Below are positions 46,655 through 56,688 of a DNA stretch of 64,000 bases, piece by piece. Every line of letters starts with the position of its first letter. Position 1 is the first letter of the stretch. Origin of the DNA: a virus; the IMG/VR virus record IMGVR_UViG_3300034103_002265. One strand, 5' to 3'. The position numbers were made by a program, and so were the translations under genes. Under the pieces are notes generated by a model, which ran no database searches, was not told the DNA's origin, and saw only the letters and a program-made list of their open reading frames with translations.

Positions 46655-48702
46655 AAAAAATATTGTTAAACCCGTGGACAGCACTTATTACTTTGATGCT
46701 AGTTGTGGGTGTTAGATTTTTAGATCCTAGTTTTATAGAATCAGTTAGATTGCGTTATTTTGATCAATTGATTATAAGTCAACCCGAAAAGCCTGTTCCT
46801 GTACACACTGTTAATGTCGATGAAGCAGCATTAGAAAAATATGGGCAATGGCCTTTTCCTCGAAACCTATATGCAGAAATTATTAAAGAATTATACAATA
46901 GAGATGCTGGTCTTGTTGTTTTTAATGTATTAATGCCAGAAAAAGATAGATTTAATCAAGATAAAACTTTAGCAGAAACAATTAAAGAATATCCTGTAGT
47001 ATTACCTGCTCTAGGAAGCACCAAAGGAAAAAATACTGATCATGGCAGTTCAGTTCAAATTGTAGGACAAGATCCTAGTGGAAAAATTGTAGAGTATCCT
47101 GGATTAATTAATAGTGTAGATCAAATTTCTAAACTAGCACTGGGAATCGGAATTGCTAATACATTTCCAGAAATAGATGGTGTAGTGCGTAGGATGCCGT
47201 TAATCATTATTGCAGGTGGTAATGTTCATGCTGCATTAAGTTTAGAAACATTGAGAGCAGCAGGAGATGATAAAATTCAAGTAAAGATAAATGACATCGG
47301 TGTAGAAGCAGTTAGAATTCCCAGTGTTGGAAGATTTAATACAGATGACTTATCTAGAATATGGATCGATTGGGCAGCAAAACCTCAAGAACATAGTCTT
47401 GCAAATTTACCTAGAAGTTTTGATAAAGGCATAGTTGTAGTGGGTTTGAGTGCAGCAGGTTTAGTAAATCCGATAGCAACTGCTCGAGGAGAAGTTTGGC
47501 CTCAGTATTTGCAGGCCAGTGTAATGGGAACTATGCTATCTGAATCGAGTATTCAGCGTCCAGGATATGCAGATACATATGAAATAATTGCTATCATAGT
47601 AGCAGGCATAATTTTAATATTTTTAATGAGGTGGACATATGTGGGCATTGCGGCAACTGTGGTTACGATTGGTGGGGTTATTGCTGGCAGCATTTATTCT
47701 TACAGTAACTTTTCAATACTATACGACTCAACTGCCTTTGCAGTTGGCGTTGGATTGGTCGCTTTGCACGCCTACATGGTCAAGTTCGTTTCAGAATTCT
47801 TACAAAAACAACAGATCAGAAAACAGTTCCAAAGTTACCTTAGCCCCGACCTCGTAGCCAAATTGATCAAAGATCCTAGCCTATTAAAACTCGGAGGTGA
47901 AGAAAAAGAACTAAGTATCATGTTTACTGATGTTCGAGGATTTACCAGCATCAGTGAACATTATGGTAAAGATGTGCAAGGTTTAACAAAAATTATGAAT
48001 CGCTATATGACAGCGATGACTCGTAAGATTTTAGAAAATGATGGAACCCTAGACAAGTACATAGGTGATGCACAAATGGCATTCTGGAACGCTCCTTTAG
48101 ATGAAACACAACATTGTAAGGATGCAGTAAAAGCAGCATTGGAAATGTTAGATGACTTGGATAAATTTAATGATGAAATTACCAAAGAAGGTATTCCGGC
48201 TTTTGGTATGGGTCTTGGTATTAATACTGGCATTGTTGTTGTTGGTAACATGGGCAGTGAGCAACGTTTTGATTATACTTGTCTTGGCGATGCTGTCAAT
48301 CTTGCTTCCCGACTTGAAGGACAGTCTAAAAACTACGGTGTCAAAATTGTTCTGGGTCCCGTAACTGCTGAACGCTTAGGCGATGATTACTTTACACTTG
48401 AGTTAGATTGTATAGCCGTTAAGGGAAAAAAAGAAGGTGTAACAATTTATACTGTATTCCGAAATCCTAATGCAGGTTCTATACCAGAATGGATAATGGC
48501 TAAAGAGAAACATAATGAAATGTTAAAACTCTATAGACAACAAAAATGGGACAAAGCAGTTGGATTAGTTAACAAACTTCAGGGAGAATTCGATGGACAA
48601 ATGGAACACTATTATGAGTTATGGATCGAACGCATTGAAGAAATGCGTAGTGCTAACCTTCCTGGTAATTGGGACGGCGTATTCAGAGCCCAAAGCAAGT
48701 GA
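46651..48702 (+). CDS. CHASE2 sensor / class III adenylate (nucleotidyl) cyclase
   Basis: N-terminal TM plus CHASE2-like periplasmic region. Cyclase core FTDVRGFTSISE...YIGDAQMAFWNAP...GINTGIVVVGNMGS...GDAVNLASRLEG. Confidence 0.8.
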   Translation: MKKILLNPWTALITLMLVVGVRFLDPSFIESVRLRYFDQLIISQPEKPVPVHTVNVDEAALEKYGQWPFPRNLYAEIIKELYNRDAGLVVFNVLMPEKDRFNQDKTLAETIKEYPVVLPALGSTKGKNTDHGSSVQIVGQDPSGKIVEYPGLINSVDQISKLALGIGIANTFPEIDGVVRRMPLIIIAGGNVHAALSLETLRAAGDDKIQVKINDIGVEAVRIPSVGRFNTDDLSRIWIDWAAKPQEHSLANLPRSFDKGIVVVGLSAAGLVNPIATARGEVWPQYLQASVMGTMLSESSIQRPGYADTYEIIAIIVAGIILIFLMRWTYVGIAATVVTIGGVIAGSIYSYSNFSILYDSTAFAVGVGLVALHAYMVKFVSEFLQKQQIRKQFQSYLSPDLVAKLIKDPSLLKLGGEEKELSIMFTDVRGFTSISEHYGKDVQGLTKIMNRYMTAMTRKILENDGTLDKYIGDAQMAFWNAPLDETQHCKDAVKAALEMLDDLDKFNDEITKEGIPAFGMGLGINTGIVVVGNMGSEQRFDYTCLGDAVNLASRLEGQSKNYGVKIVLGPVTAERLGDDYFTLELDCIAVKGKKEGVTIYTVFRNPNAGSIPEWIMAKEKHNEMLKLYRQQKWDKAVGLVNKLQGEFDGQMEHYYELWIERIEEMRSANLPGNWDGVFRAQSK

Positions 48703-48937
48703 TAAACCTTTTAAAGTTTGTCCCGAAATAGTAACAGCAAAAGATACCCCTTGTCGAGTTTTAGGTCCTACTGTTGCCGTTGTTAGCAGAATGGAAATTG
48801 AAGATAAAAAAGACAAAGAAATAAAAGAATTAAAAGAAAAGATTAAAATACTAGAAGAAGAAATCAAATCTTTAAAAAATATTAAACCAAATGTAGATGT
48901 TGAAAAGCCTACTACAACTAGAGCAATACGAGGATGA
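48593..48937 (+). CDS. Hypothetical coiled-coil protein; start uncertain, overlaps the cyclase 3' end
   Basis: KEIKELKEKIKILEEEIKSLKN. Confidence 0.3.
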   Translation: MDKWNTIMSYGSNALKKCVVLTFLVIGTAYSEPKASDKPFKVCPEIVTAKDTPCRVLGPTVAVVSRMEIEDKKDKEIKELKEKIKILEEEIKSLKNIKPNVDVEKPTTTRAIRG

Positions 48938-49091
48938 AAAATCTTTACGAAGATTGTTGGTTCTGGTGGTTTGATGAATCGGTTAAAGTATTTTTAACGT
49001 ACTATTACTGGCCTAATTTTGTAATAGGCAATGCCGACGAATGGATTAAACTGGGCGTAACACTGAATGGAATACGCCCTATTTGTAAACC

Positions 49092-49508
49092 TTAATCACC
49101 GGAAGCGTTTTTAATTTCTTCAGCAGTGGCCTTTCTGCCCTTTGCTCCGCCAATTGATTTTTCTGATTCTAGTTGTTTCTTCTCTGCTTCACGTTTTGCT
49201 GCTTCTTCTTCTCTGCGTTTCTTAAATGGATCTTCGTTAATATCTTGTTCTGCTAGTATACGTTCTTTATCAATTGTTTTACCGCGTAATTGCAGTACAG
49301 TTTCAACTTTTTGATTTAATCTAATTAAATCGTTATCCAGCATACGTATACGATCGATTAAAGCAATTAGTGTCCCATTGGCTTGACTAATAACAGGCTT
49401 AATAACTGTAGTTACCCACTTCCATACAAAGTAGATAAAATATCCCATGCCGGCGGCACTAACAATAGGAAATCCATATTTGCCTATTAAATCTGCTACA
49501 TTATCCAT
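49092..49508 (-). CDS. Membrane-anchored coiled-coil protein (DUF948-like), paralog A
   Basis: N-terminal TM GFPIVSAAGMGYFIYFVW followed by a coiled coil. Confidence 0.45.
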   Translation of the reverse strand: MDNVADLIGKYGFPIVSAAGMGYFIYFVWKWVTTVIKPVISQANGTLIALIDRIRMLDNDLIRLNQKVETVLQLRGKTIDKERILAEQDINEDPFKKRREEEAAKREAEKKQLESEKSIGGAKGRKATAEEIKNASGD

Positions 49509-49795
49509 TAGTCTCTCCTTTGGTCAGTTTGATCTGCACGGCTGATACGAGTATAATCAGGTTGAAGACCGATGGCATGACTGATCTTTACATCGATACG
49601 TTGAACATCGTGATTCATAGTAGCAACACGACTATCTAACCCTTTAATGATTCCAGCCATACCGTTTACTGAACTTGTTACTCCGTCTAAAATAAATTTT
49701 AATGTAAGAAATACAAAATATCCTGCAGCCAGTGCTGCTGCAATGGGAAATCCTACATCTGCTACAAGTTTAAAAAAATCCATGAGGTTCTCCAA
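49508..49795 (-). CDS. Membrane-anchored protein (DUF948-like), paralog B
   Basis: N-terminal FFKLVADVGFPIAAALAAGYFVFL, similar to the neighbouring gene. Confidence 0.45.
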   Translation of the reverse strand: MENLMDFFKLVADVGFPIAAALAAGYFVFLTLKFILDGVTSSVNGMAGIIKGLDSRVATMNHDVQRIDVKISHAIGLQPDYTRISRADQTDQRRD

Positions 49796-49853
49796 TTTTA
49801 AATTATTTAATCACTTAATATTAACCAATAAATAGTACTTTAATTAAAATTGA

Positions 49854-50708
49854 ATGATAACACTTGTTTGGCAAACCAATAGAGAACTAAGTTGGGAAAC
49901 TGACTGGATAGAATTTCTATTCAACAATATCGATCATGTTACAATAACTGATTATGATTTTAAAACTGAAATAGATCAAAGTATTTTTATCTACAACAAA
50001 TATTCCTTCAACTATCATTATTTTGAAAGTCTTTACAAAAAAGGTATTAAGTTTGGATTAATACATTTAAGTGACGAATGGGGTCAAGATACTATTGATC
50101 ATTATAAATTTGCAAAATTTGTTCTGAGAAATTATTATAAAGATCTAGGACCCAATGTTTTAAATTTTCCATTAGGGTGGATGCAAACGTTCCCTCAAAA
50201 TTTAAATAGTAAAACAGTACAAGAAAGAAATTTGGTGTGGTCATTTAGTGGACATGTTGATAAAACTACAAGACCATTAATGGCAGAAAATATGTTAAAG
50301 ATAACCGGAGGCCAAGGATTTTTTAAAAAATGCGGTGAAATTTGGGGACCGTTTCAAGGGCACGCATTAAATCCTAACCAATTGGCAGACCTTTATAACA
50401 ACAGTATTTTTGTACCTTGTCCGCAAGGAAATTGCAGTATAGATAGTCTTAGAGTATGTGAAGCATTGCAGGTCGGTGCTATTCCTATTGTTGAAAAAAG
50501 CGAATATTGGAGCAAACTGTATGGTGATGATAATCCTCTAATAAAAATTTCATCATGGGATGAATCACCTACATTAATCAAAGATCTCCTCGATGATTTA
50601 GATCTGTTAGAAAATAAAAGAAAAAATATTTACGAATGGTGGAAAAATCATTGTGGTAAGGTTAAACTAGATATACAAAAATTAATTGAGAAATATTATG
50701 ATAATTGA
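49854..50708 (+). CDS. Putative glycosyltransferase (GT-B-like C-terminal motif)
   Basis: RVCEALQVGAIPIV resembles the GT1/GT4 C-terminal motif. Confidence 0.4.
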   Translation: MITLVWQTNRELSWETDWIEFLFNNIDHVTITDYDFKTEIDQSIFIYNKYSFNYHYFESLYKKGIKFGLIHLSDEWGQDTIDHYKFAKFVLRNYYKDLGPNVLNFPLGWMQTFPQNLNSKTVQERNLVWSFSGHVDKTTRPLMAENMLKITGGQGFFKKCGEIWGPFQGHALNPNQLADLYNNSIFVPCPQGNCSIDSLRVCEALQVGAIPIVEKSEYWSKLYGDDNPLIKISSWDESPTLIKDLLDDLDLLENKRKNIYEWWKNHCGKVKLDIQKLIEKYYDN

Positions 50709-51522
50709 TAATTTTTTATTTTGTAACGAATACGATATTCTAGAACTGCGTCTAGAAATTATGGGGGACTATGTTGATAAATTTGTCATTATCGAAGCAG
50801 ATACTACATTCACAGGAAATAAAAAAGATTACAATTTAGAAAAAGAATTTCATCGATTTAAAAAATGGGAAGATAAAATTCAGTATTTTAAAGTTAAAAA
50901 TACTAACATTAGGGATAGTTGGTCCAATGAAGACTGGCAAAGAGATCAATTTAGTCTCGGATGGGATAACGTAGGCAATGACGATGTTTTATTAATTAAT
51001 GATGTTGATGAAATTGTTCGTCCTGAAACTTTAGAATTTATTAAAAATACCGATTACAATTATTATTCGTTAATGATGCCTAGTAGTTATTACAAATTCA
51101 ATTACATTGATACTGCTTCTCATTATTCACCCTGGGGGAAAGCATTTCGAGGATATAAATCCAGAGGAAGTCAAATGAAAAACTTTAATGGGACTGTTAA
51201 TAAATCAATCACCTTGCATCATGCAGGTTGGCATTTTAGTTGGATAGGAAATGAAGATTTCGTTCGATACAAAAGTGTAAGTTTTAGCCACACTGAATTA
51301 AACAACGAACACATTTTAAATAATGTTAATCTAGAAAAACATATATCAGAAGGAAAAGATCATTGGAGAAATAACTCAAATTGGAAAGCAGTTAATCTTG
51401 ATGAGTATTTTCCTGAGCATATTTTAAAAAATAAAGAACGGTATCAATATTATATTCTTAATGATTCCGGAATAAAAGTACAAGATGTATACCCATATAA
51501 AATTTTAGAGGAGAAGAAATGA
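50686..51522 (+). CDS. Putative glycosyltransferase
   Basis: ORF within the sugar-modification cluster; family unclear. Confidence 0.35.
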   Translation: MRNIMIIDNFLFCNEYDILELRLEIMGDYVDKFVIIEADTTFTGNKKDYNLEKEFHRFKKWEDKIQYFKVKNTNIRDSWSNEDWQRDQFSLGWDNVGNDDVLLINDVDEIVRPETLEFIKNTDYNYYSLMMPSSYYKFNYIDTASHYSPWGKAFRGYKSRGSQMKNFNGTVNKSITLHHAGWHFSWIGNEDFVRYKSVSFSHTELNNEHILNNVNLEKHISEGKDHWRNNSNWKAVNLDEYFPEHILKNKERYQYYILNDSGIKVQDVYPYKILEEKK

Positions 51523-52118
51523 ATTCAATAGAAGAATGGTTTAATTTAAGAAAAAATACTCCAGGTGATATTAACGAACACTTAGATACACTTAGGAAAT
51601 ATGCCGAAGAATGTGATCATATAACAGAATTTGGAACAGGAGGTGTTTATAGTTCTTGGGGATTTTTAATTACAAATCCAAAAAAATTTATTACTGTAGA
51701 TATTTTAGAGCCACATGTTCGTCCTGGAGTTAAAGAAGCAGTAGAATCTGCAAAAACACTTGCCGAAAAACAAGGAATAGATTTTACTTTTTTAGTTGCA
51801 GATACCACATCTGATTCATTTGATATCGAAGAAACTGATCTCCTATTTATAGATACATATCATGTCTACGAGCACTTAAAAAAAGAATTAGAGAAATTTT
51901 CTCCTAAAGTAAAAAAATATATCATAATGCATGATACTACAACGTTTGCTTTTACTGGAGAAGTACAAGCATATAACAGTAATATAATTCCACCAAACAG
52001 ACAAAGTCCAAAAGGTCTTTGGCCGGCTGTCGAAGAATTTCTTGCATCGAACCCTCAATGGATGATACAAGAAAGATTCCATAATAATAACGGCTTGACC
52101 ATTCTCAAAAAAATTTAA
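51519..52118 (+). CDS. Putative class I SAM-dependent methyltransferase (TylF/CmcI-like)
   Basis: HITEFGTGGVYSS...FIDTYH pattern. Confidence 0.4.
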   Translation: MNSIEEWFNLRKNTPGDINEHLDTLRKYAEECDHITEFGTGGVYSSWGFLITNPKKFITVDILEPHVRPGVKEAVESAKTLAEKQGIDFTFLVADTTSDSFDIEETDLLFIDTYHVYEHLKKELEKFSPKVKKYIIMHDTTTFAFTGEVQAYNSNIIPPNRQSPKGLWPAVEEFLASNPQWMIQERFHNNNGLTILKKI

Positions 52119-52123
52119 ATATC

Positions 52124-53062
52124 TTGAAGATCTTACTTTTACGTCAGCCACAAACACCTGCAGGTTTTCCCGGGGGTATTGCCGGTGGAGCATGTTATCT
52201 AACAGACATGTTGTTTCACGGACTAAAAAAGTTGTTCGGTAACACAGTTATCGATTATGAAAGAAGTTGGTGGATGTATTCTGGTGATTTTGGTCCAGGT
52301 AAATTTGATCCTAGTATCTATTGTCCCAGAGGTTTTACAATTTATAGAACGTTAGGCGATGACAGTTCAGTTGACAGGTCAGATGTAGAACAAAAAATTA
52401 TTTCTAATTATTATGATTTAATAATATTTGGATATACACATTACGGACTAAGACCAGGATCGTGGGATCTAGTAACAAAACATTATCCCCCAAACAAGAT
52501 AGCATTTATAGATGGCGGTGATAATACAACAATTCAAAAATTTGATGCTGTAAACAAATCCATATATTTTAAACGAGAGTTAATTAGTAACGACACTGGC
52601 ATATTTCCTATAAGTTTTGCAATGCCCTCTGAAAAAATAGATACAATTGAAACTGATAAAGATAAACTTATTGCTCCAATGGATCCAAGAAATAGACTTA
52701 GTTACATATATGATGATGAAAATTCATATTACAAACAATATGCCGAAAGCATGTTTGGGGTAACTATGAAAAAGGCAGGATGGGACTGTGTACGGCATTA
52801 TGAAATAATGGCCAATAACTGTATTCCGTTATTTTTAGATATAGAAGATTGTCCAAACACAATAATGCAAACACTGCCTAAGAACGAACTAATAGATGTA
52901 ATTAGACTGACTAAGGAAAAGGGAATTGATTGGTGGATTACTGATCAAGGAAAAGATTCTTGGTATCATTTCAATGATCTAATACAAAATCATTTTAAAG
53001 AAAATTGTACCACAGAAAAATTAGCAAAGTACTTTTTAGATACCGTTAATCAATTTAAGTAG
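52124..53062 (+). CDS. Hypothetical protein
   Basis: 312 aa; ends with a TAG stop. Confidence 0.4.
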   Translation: MKILLLRQPQTPAGFPGGIAGGACYLTDMLFHGLKKLFGNTVIDYERSWWMYSGDFGPGKFDPSIYCPRGFTIYRTLGDDSSVDRSDVEQKIISNYYDLIIFGYTHYGLRPGSWDLVTKHYPPNKIAFIDGGDNTTIQKFDAVNKSIYFKRELISNDTGIFPISFAMPSEKIDTIETDKDKLIAPMDPRNRLSYIYDDENSYYKQYAESMFGVTMKKAGWDCVRHYEIMANNCIPLFLDIEDCPNTIMQTLPKNELIDVIRLTKEKGIDWWITDQGKDSWYHFNDLIQNHFKENCTTEKLAKYFLDTVNQFK

Positions 53063-53762
53063 TTCTATCCAATACTTCCTTCCAATCTACCATCTTTGCC
53101 ATTACCCAAGAATCCATATGTGTTGCATATCCGGGGATGGGAGTTATTAGTCCTCTTCTTTCTGATATAGCAGAAAACAATTGAGTGTCGTGTGTCCAGT
53201 TGTCGGTACCAAAACACCACTTGTAAAATAAGTCTTTATCTTTTAATAAAAATTGCACAGTTGATGCAAATGTCATTGTAGTAGATTCTGTAGTCCTCCA
53301 ATGAACATCGTTGGTCATAAAAATTGTAGATTGTTTATTAACATTTCCACCCCAATACTTGTCAGGATGATCATACAAACTGACATATGGAGAAATTGAC
53401 AGTCCTTGTTCTATAATTAAATCAGAACCTTCATGATGAATGTAATCATCTTCAACAAAATAAACAATTGTTGCTGGATCTAATGTACAGGCTTCTTCGA
53501 GAGAAAAAATAAAACTTCCTGCATTACTGCCAAAATTAGTTCTTTCAACATTTACATCAGGATATAATGATATTAATTTTTGATATGCGTCATCATTAAC
53601 ATTGTCAGCAACTATAGTAATGTCGTTATGTTCAGAAAATACTGTCATAAAATTTTTTAACGAAAGCCATTTATCAAACCATTCTGGCCTAACTGGTCTA
53701 TTTCTAGGCTTACCTAAATGATCGGGCATGTGCCCAAAACTTATTCTGTAATAGACCTTCAT
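53055..53762 (-). CDS. Hypothetical protein
   Basis: 235 aa ORF. Confidence 0.4.
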   Translation of the reverse strand: MKVYYRISFGHMPDHLGKPRNRPVRPEWFDKWLSLKNFMTVFSEHNDITIVADNVNDDAYQKLISLYPDVNVERTNFGSNAGSFIFSLEEACTLDPATIVYFVEDDYIHHEGSDLIIEQGLSISPYVSLYDHPDKYWGGNVNKQSTIFMTNDVHWRTTESTTMTFASTVQFLLKDKDLFYKWCFGTDNWTHDTQLFSAISERRGLITPIPGYATHMDSWVMAKMVDWKEVLDRTT

Positions 53763-54451
53763 TATTTTTTTATAACTCCAATAAAATATCCGTTATGCCA
53801 ATCACTGTTCTGTCCGGAAATTTGAGGGTGTGATTCATTGTCAGTAGTCCTAATTACAATACTGGCAAGGATTGTTGAATTTAGATTGCTAATTGCATCC
53901 ATAGTTCCTTTTCGAACAGAATTCCAATTCCAATCATCCACAATTAAAATATAAGTATCGTCTAATGCAGGTTGAGTTACTTCTATCCCATGGAATTGCT
54001 CGTGTTCTTCATGAGGTCCATCAAACAAATACACATTAAATTTTCCAATTTTAGAATAATCGACATCTCTATAATTACTTTCAATAAAATCAAATTTAAT
54101 ATTTCCAGACAATGAAGCATTTACATTTTGTTGAAATTCATTTTTTGGTCCCCCAAAATGACTCCAATTTTCTATGCATAAAACTCTACAAAAGTTATCC
54201 CACATTGCACTACAGGCTGTACTACCTTTCCAACTACCAATTTCTAAATATCTGGGATCTTTTAAACTTCCTATTAGGTTGTTAATAAAATAGCGATATT
54301 TTTTTCCGCTCATGCCATCCATGTACCTAATAAAATCTGGCAACTTGTGTTCTATAGCCAATGCTGAGAACCATGCATTAATCACTGGTTCTGTTTCCGG
54401 AAGGGTCCAGTCTCCTTCTAACGTAATTGATGTTTCTTCATTATTTGACAT
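53762..54451 (-). CDS. Class I SAM-dependent methyltransferase (TylF-like O-MTase)
   Basis: YLEIGSWKGSTACSAM motif I. Confidence 0.5.
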   Translation of the reverse strand: MSNNEETSITLEGDWTLPETEPVINAWFSALAIEHKLPDFIRYMDGMSGKKYRYFINNLIGSLKDPRYLEIGSWKGSTACSAMWDNFCRVLCIENWSHFGGPKNEFQQNVNASLSGNIKFDFIESNYRDVDYSKIGKFNVYLFDGPHEEHEQFHGIEVTQPALDDTYILIVDDWNWNSVRKGTMDAISNLNSTILASIVIRTTDNESHPQISGQNSDWHNGYFIGVIKK

Positions 54452-54467
54452 TTTTAACCTTATATTA

Positions 54468-55190
54468 TTAAGTAGGTATATGCCTACTCCACCCTATATG
54501 CTGAACTCGGCCTTCTGGTTCTAAACTTGCACACCACATACCTAATTTTTGATAATTTTCAGCATTTGTTCTTTCAATTAAGCAGCCATCTTTGACATTA
54601 AAATCTGGACCATATCTATCAGAAACTGGAGTTCTTAAACCTTTGATTTTTTTATAATCTACCAATCTTCGTAATCCAGGATTGAAACTAAAACCAAATC
54701 CCCCATCGTGTTGAATCCACGGTCTAGTTTTCCAATATGATAAAGTACCATGTTCGTCAGATAACTTATATTCCTGATCTTCAATCCAACTTCTATTAAA
54801 ATTTTCTTGCCATTGATCTCTGTGACTTCGTAAATGTACCATCAAACAATTTTCTTCTTGCTTTAAAATTCTATAACTATCTTCAATAAAATTTGGCTTA
54901 GTAAATTCCCAATCATCTTCGCAATGAAAAATGTAAGGAGTTTTAATTTTACTATATGCCCATTCAATATTGAGTAACTGTCCCCTTCTAGGTACAAGGC
55001 TATTTAACAGATTAAAAGACTTAACTGTGGGCATTAAATTTTTTACAAAACTATTATCTACAGGACCGTCTTCGACAATGATTAATTCGTCAAGTGTATT
55101 TGGCGCAAATTTTTCAAATGAAACCAAAGTTTTTTCTAAAAGATCTTGTCGACCACAACTGGTGACAACCATTGTAATTCCTAATGTCAT
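54468..55190 (-). CDS. Glycosyltransferase family 2-like (GT-A)
   Basis: VVTSCGRQDLLEKTLVSF...DELIIVEDG. Confidence 0.5.
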   Translation of the reverse strand: MTLGITMVVTSCGRQDLLEKTLVSFEKFAPNTLDELIIVEDGPVDNSFVKNLMPTVKSFNLLNSLVPRRGQLLNIEWAYSKIKTPYIFHCEDDWEFTKPNFIEDSYRILKQEENCLMVHLRSHRDQWQENFNRSWIEDQEYKLSDEHGTLSYWKTRPWIQHDGGFGFSFNPGLRRLVDYKKIKGLRTPVSDRYGPDFNVKDGCLIERTNAENYQKLGMWCASLEPEGRVQHIGWSRHIPT

Positions 55191-55197
55191 ATTTTTC

Positions 55198-55839
55198 CTA
55201 ATCTATCCAAACGGCTAATATTACACTATCCGGTTTACCTGTTTTGTTCCTAAAATCAAATAATTTATGCTTATGATGTTTAATTGGGTCAATCAAATTA
55301 TTTTGTATAGTCCAACCGGGAGTCATACCAATCGGTTTTTCTTGGATGTCCTCGATAACTAGTAATCCACCAGGACGTATTTTGGGTAGATATAACCGAT
55401 ATAATTCTTCCCATTGGTCAACACTGTGCCAGCCATCATCAACAATAATATCTACTTGAGGAAGACTGTTCGCAAATTCTGATTTATATGCATTTTGTCC
55501 TACATAAAATTTTATATTTTCACGTTGAAATACTTCGGGGATAAATTCTTCATTATACCAAATAAAATTAGTCTCTGTTTTTTGTCTTTGAATCTTACCT
55601 TGGTATGTATGATCTCGTAATTCAGTTCCAATTATTTGAGCATCGGTAAACCAATCATCCCAACATAATAATGCACCTCCCCAGGCAGATCCAATCTCTA
55701 ATAGTGTAATTGGTTTATCACGATACGGCAATAAATTTTCTTCATAGAATCCGCTAAAATAAGTGTGCAGTTCTTTGTCAGTTCCTAAGCCTGAATACTT
55801 AACTCGTTGTTGATTAGCAAGTTCTGCTAATGTGGTCAT
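55198..55839 (-). CDS. Class I SAM-dependent methyltransferase
   Basis: LLEIGSAWGGALL and GGLLVIEDI; ends with a TAG stop. Confidence 0.5.
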   Translation of the reverse strand: MTTLAELANQQRVKYSGLGTDKELHTYFSGFYEENLLPYRDKPITLLEIGSAWGGALLCWDDWFTDAQIIGTELRDHTYQGKIQRQKTETNFIWYNEEFIPEVFQRENIKFYVGQNAYKSEFANSLPQVDIIVDDGWHSVDQWEELYRLYLPKIRPGGLLVIEDIQEKPIGMTPGWTIQNNLIDPIKHHKHKLFDFRNKTGKPDSVILAVWID

Positions 55840-55944
55840 AAATTTTTCCTTGAGAATAAAATTTTAAATAAGTACTAACATATTTATAAAGTAAAAATGC
55901 TGTTAAAATTATTTTACTGACAAACAAAAATAATAAATATCACT

Positions 55945-56676
55945 ATGAGTTTTATACCGCTTTATTGTTTGACCTACAAAAGACCTGATAGAAAAGAAAG
56001 AATGACCAATCGATTCTCATATCTAGGTTTAGAATTTAATTTTGTTGAAGGCATCGATCCATTGGATCCGAGTGTAGTTCCTTCATTAGAAATAATTGAG
56101 CAAGCAAAATCTTTAGACAGATGGAAACCGCATTCTGGTTACGGATGTATGATAGGACATTTTTTGGCTCTAGAACAATTTTTAAGTAGTGGCCAAGACA
56201 TTGGAATAATCTGTGAAGATGATGTTTTAATTAGAAAAGATTTTAAAGATGAACTTCCGATAATTGTTGAAAATTTTAAAAGGCAAAAACTCGATGTGCT
56301 TATGTTAGGCTATCTTTCTATGTTCGACGATCCAGCAGAAGTAAAACATAGAAAGCCGCTAAAATCTCCAGCGTTTAGTTACCACAGGTACGATATGGAC
56401 CCAGACATTTGGGGTACTCAAATGTATATGATCAGCAGGAAACACGCACAGCATTTAATTGATAACTATGGTCTTCAAACAGATTATAGATTTAGATCTT
56501 TAGTTGATACCAACCTAGAACATTGGATAGCAGATTGTCTAATTACTAAGACTGGTAACAGAGCAATGATAAGTCCGATGATAGCAGTTGAAGAGGGTGT
56601 TGGATCGTGGCCCCCTAATCAACCAATTCACGGAACTAGTTTCAAAAAAAATTATAACCCAAATATTCATATATAA
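55945..56676 (+). CDS. Glycosyltransferase family 25-like
   Basis: N-terminal PLYCLTYKRPDRKERM resembles the GT25 I-x-V-I-N-L-x-R-R-P-D-R motif. Confidence 0.45.
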   Translation: MSFIPLYCLTYKRPDRKERMTNRFSYLGLEFNFVEGIDPLDPSVVPSLEIIEQAKSLDRWKPHSGYGCMIGHFLALEQFLSSGQDIGIICEDDVLIRKDFKDELPIIVENFKRQKLDVLMLGYLSMFDDPAEVKHRKPLKSPAFSYHRYDMDPDIWGTQMYMISRKHAQHLIDNYGLQTDYRFRSLVDTNLEHWIADCLITKTGNRAMISPMIAVEEGVGSWPPNQPIHGTSFKKNYNPNIHI

Positions 56677-56688
56677 TTAGGAGATACA

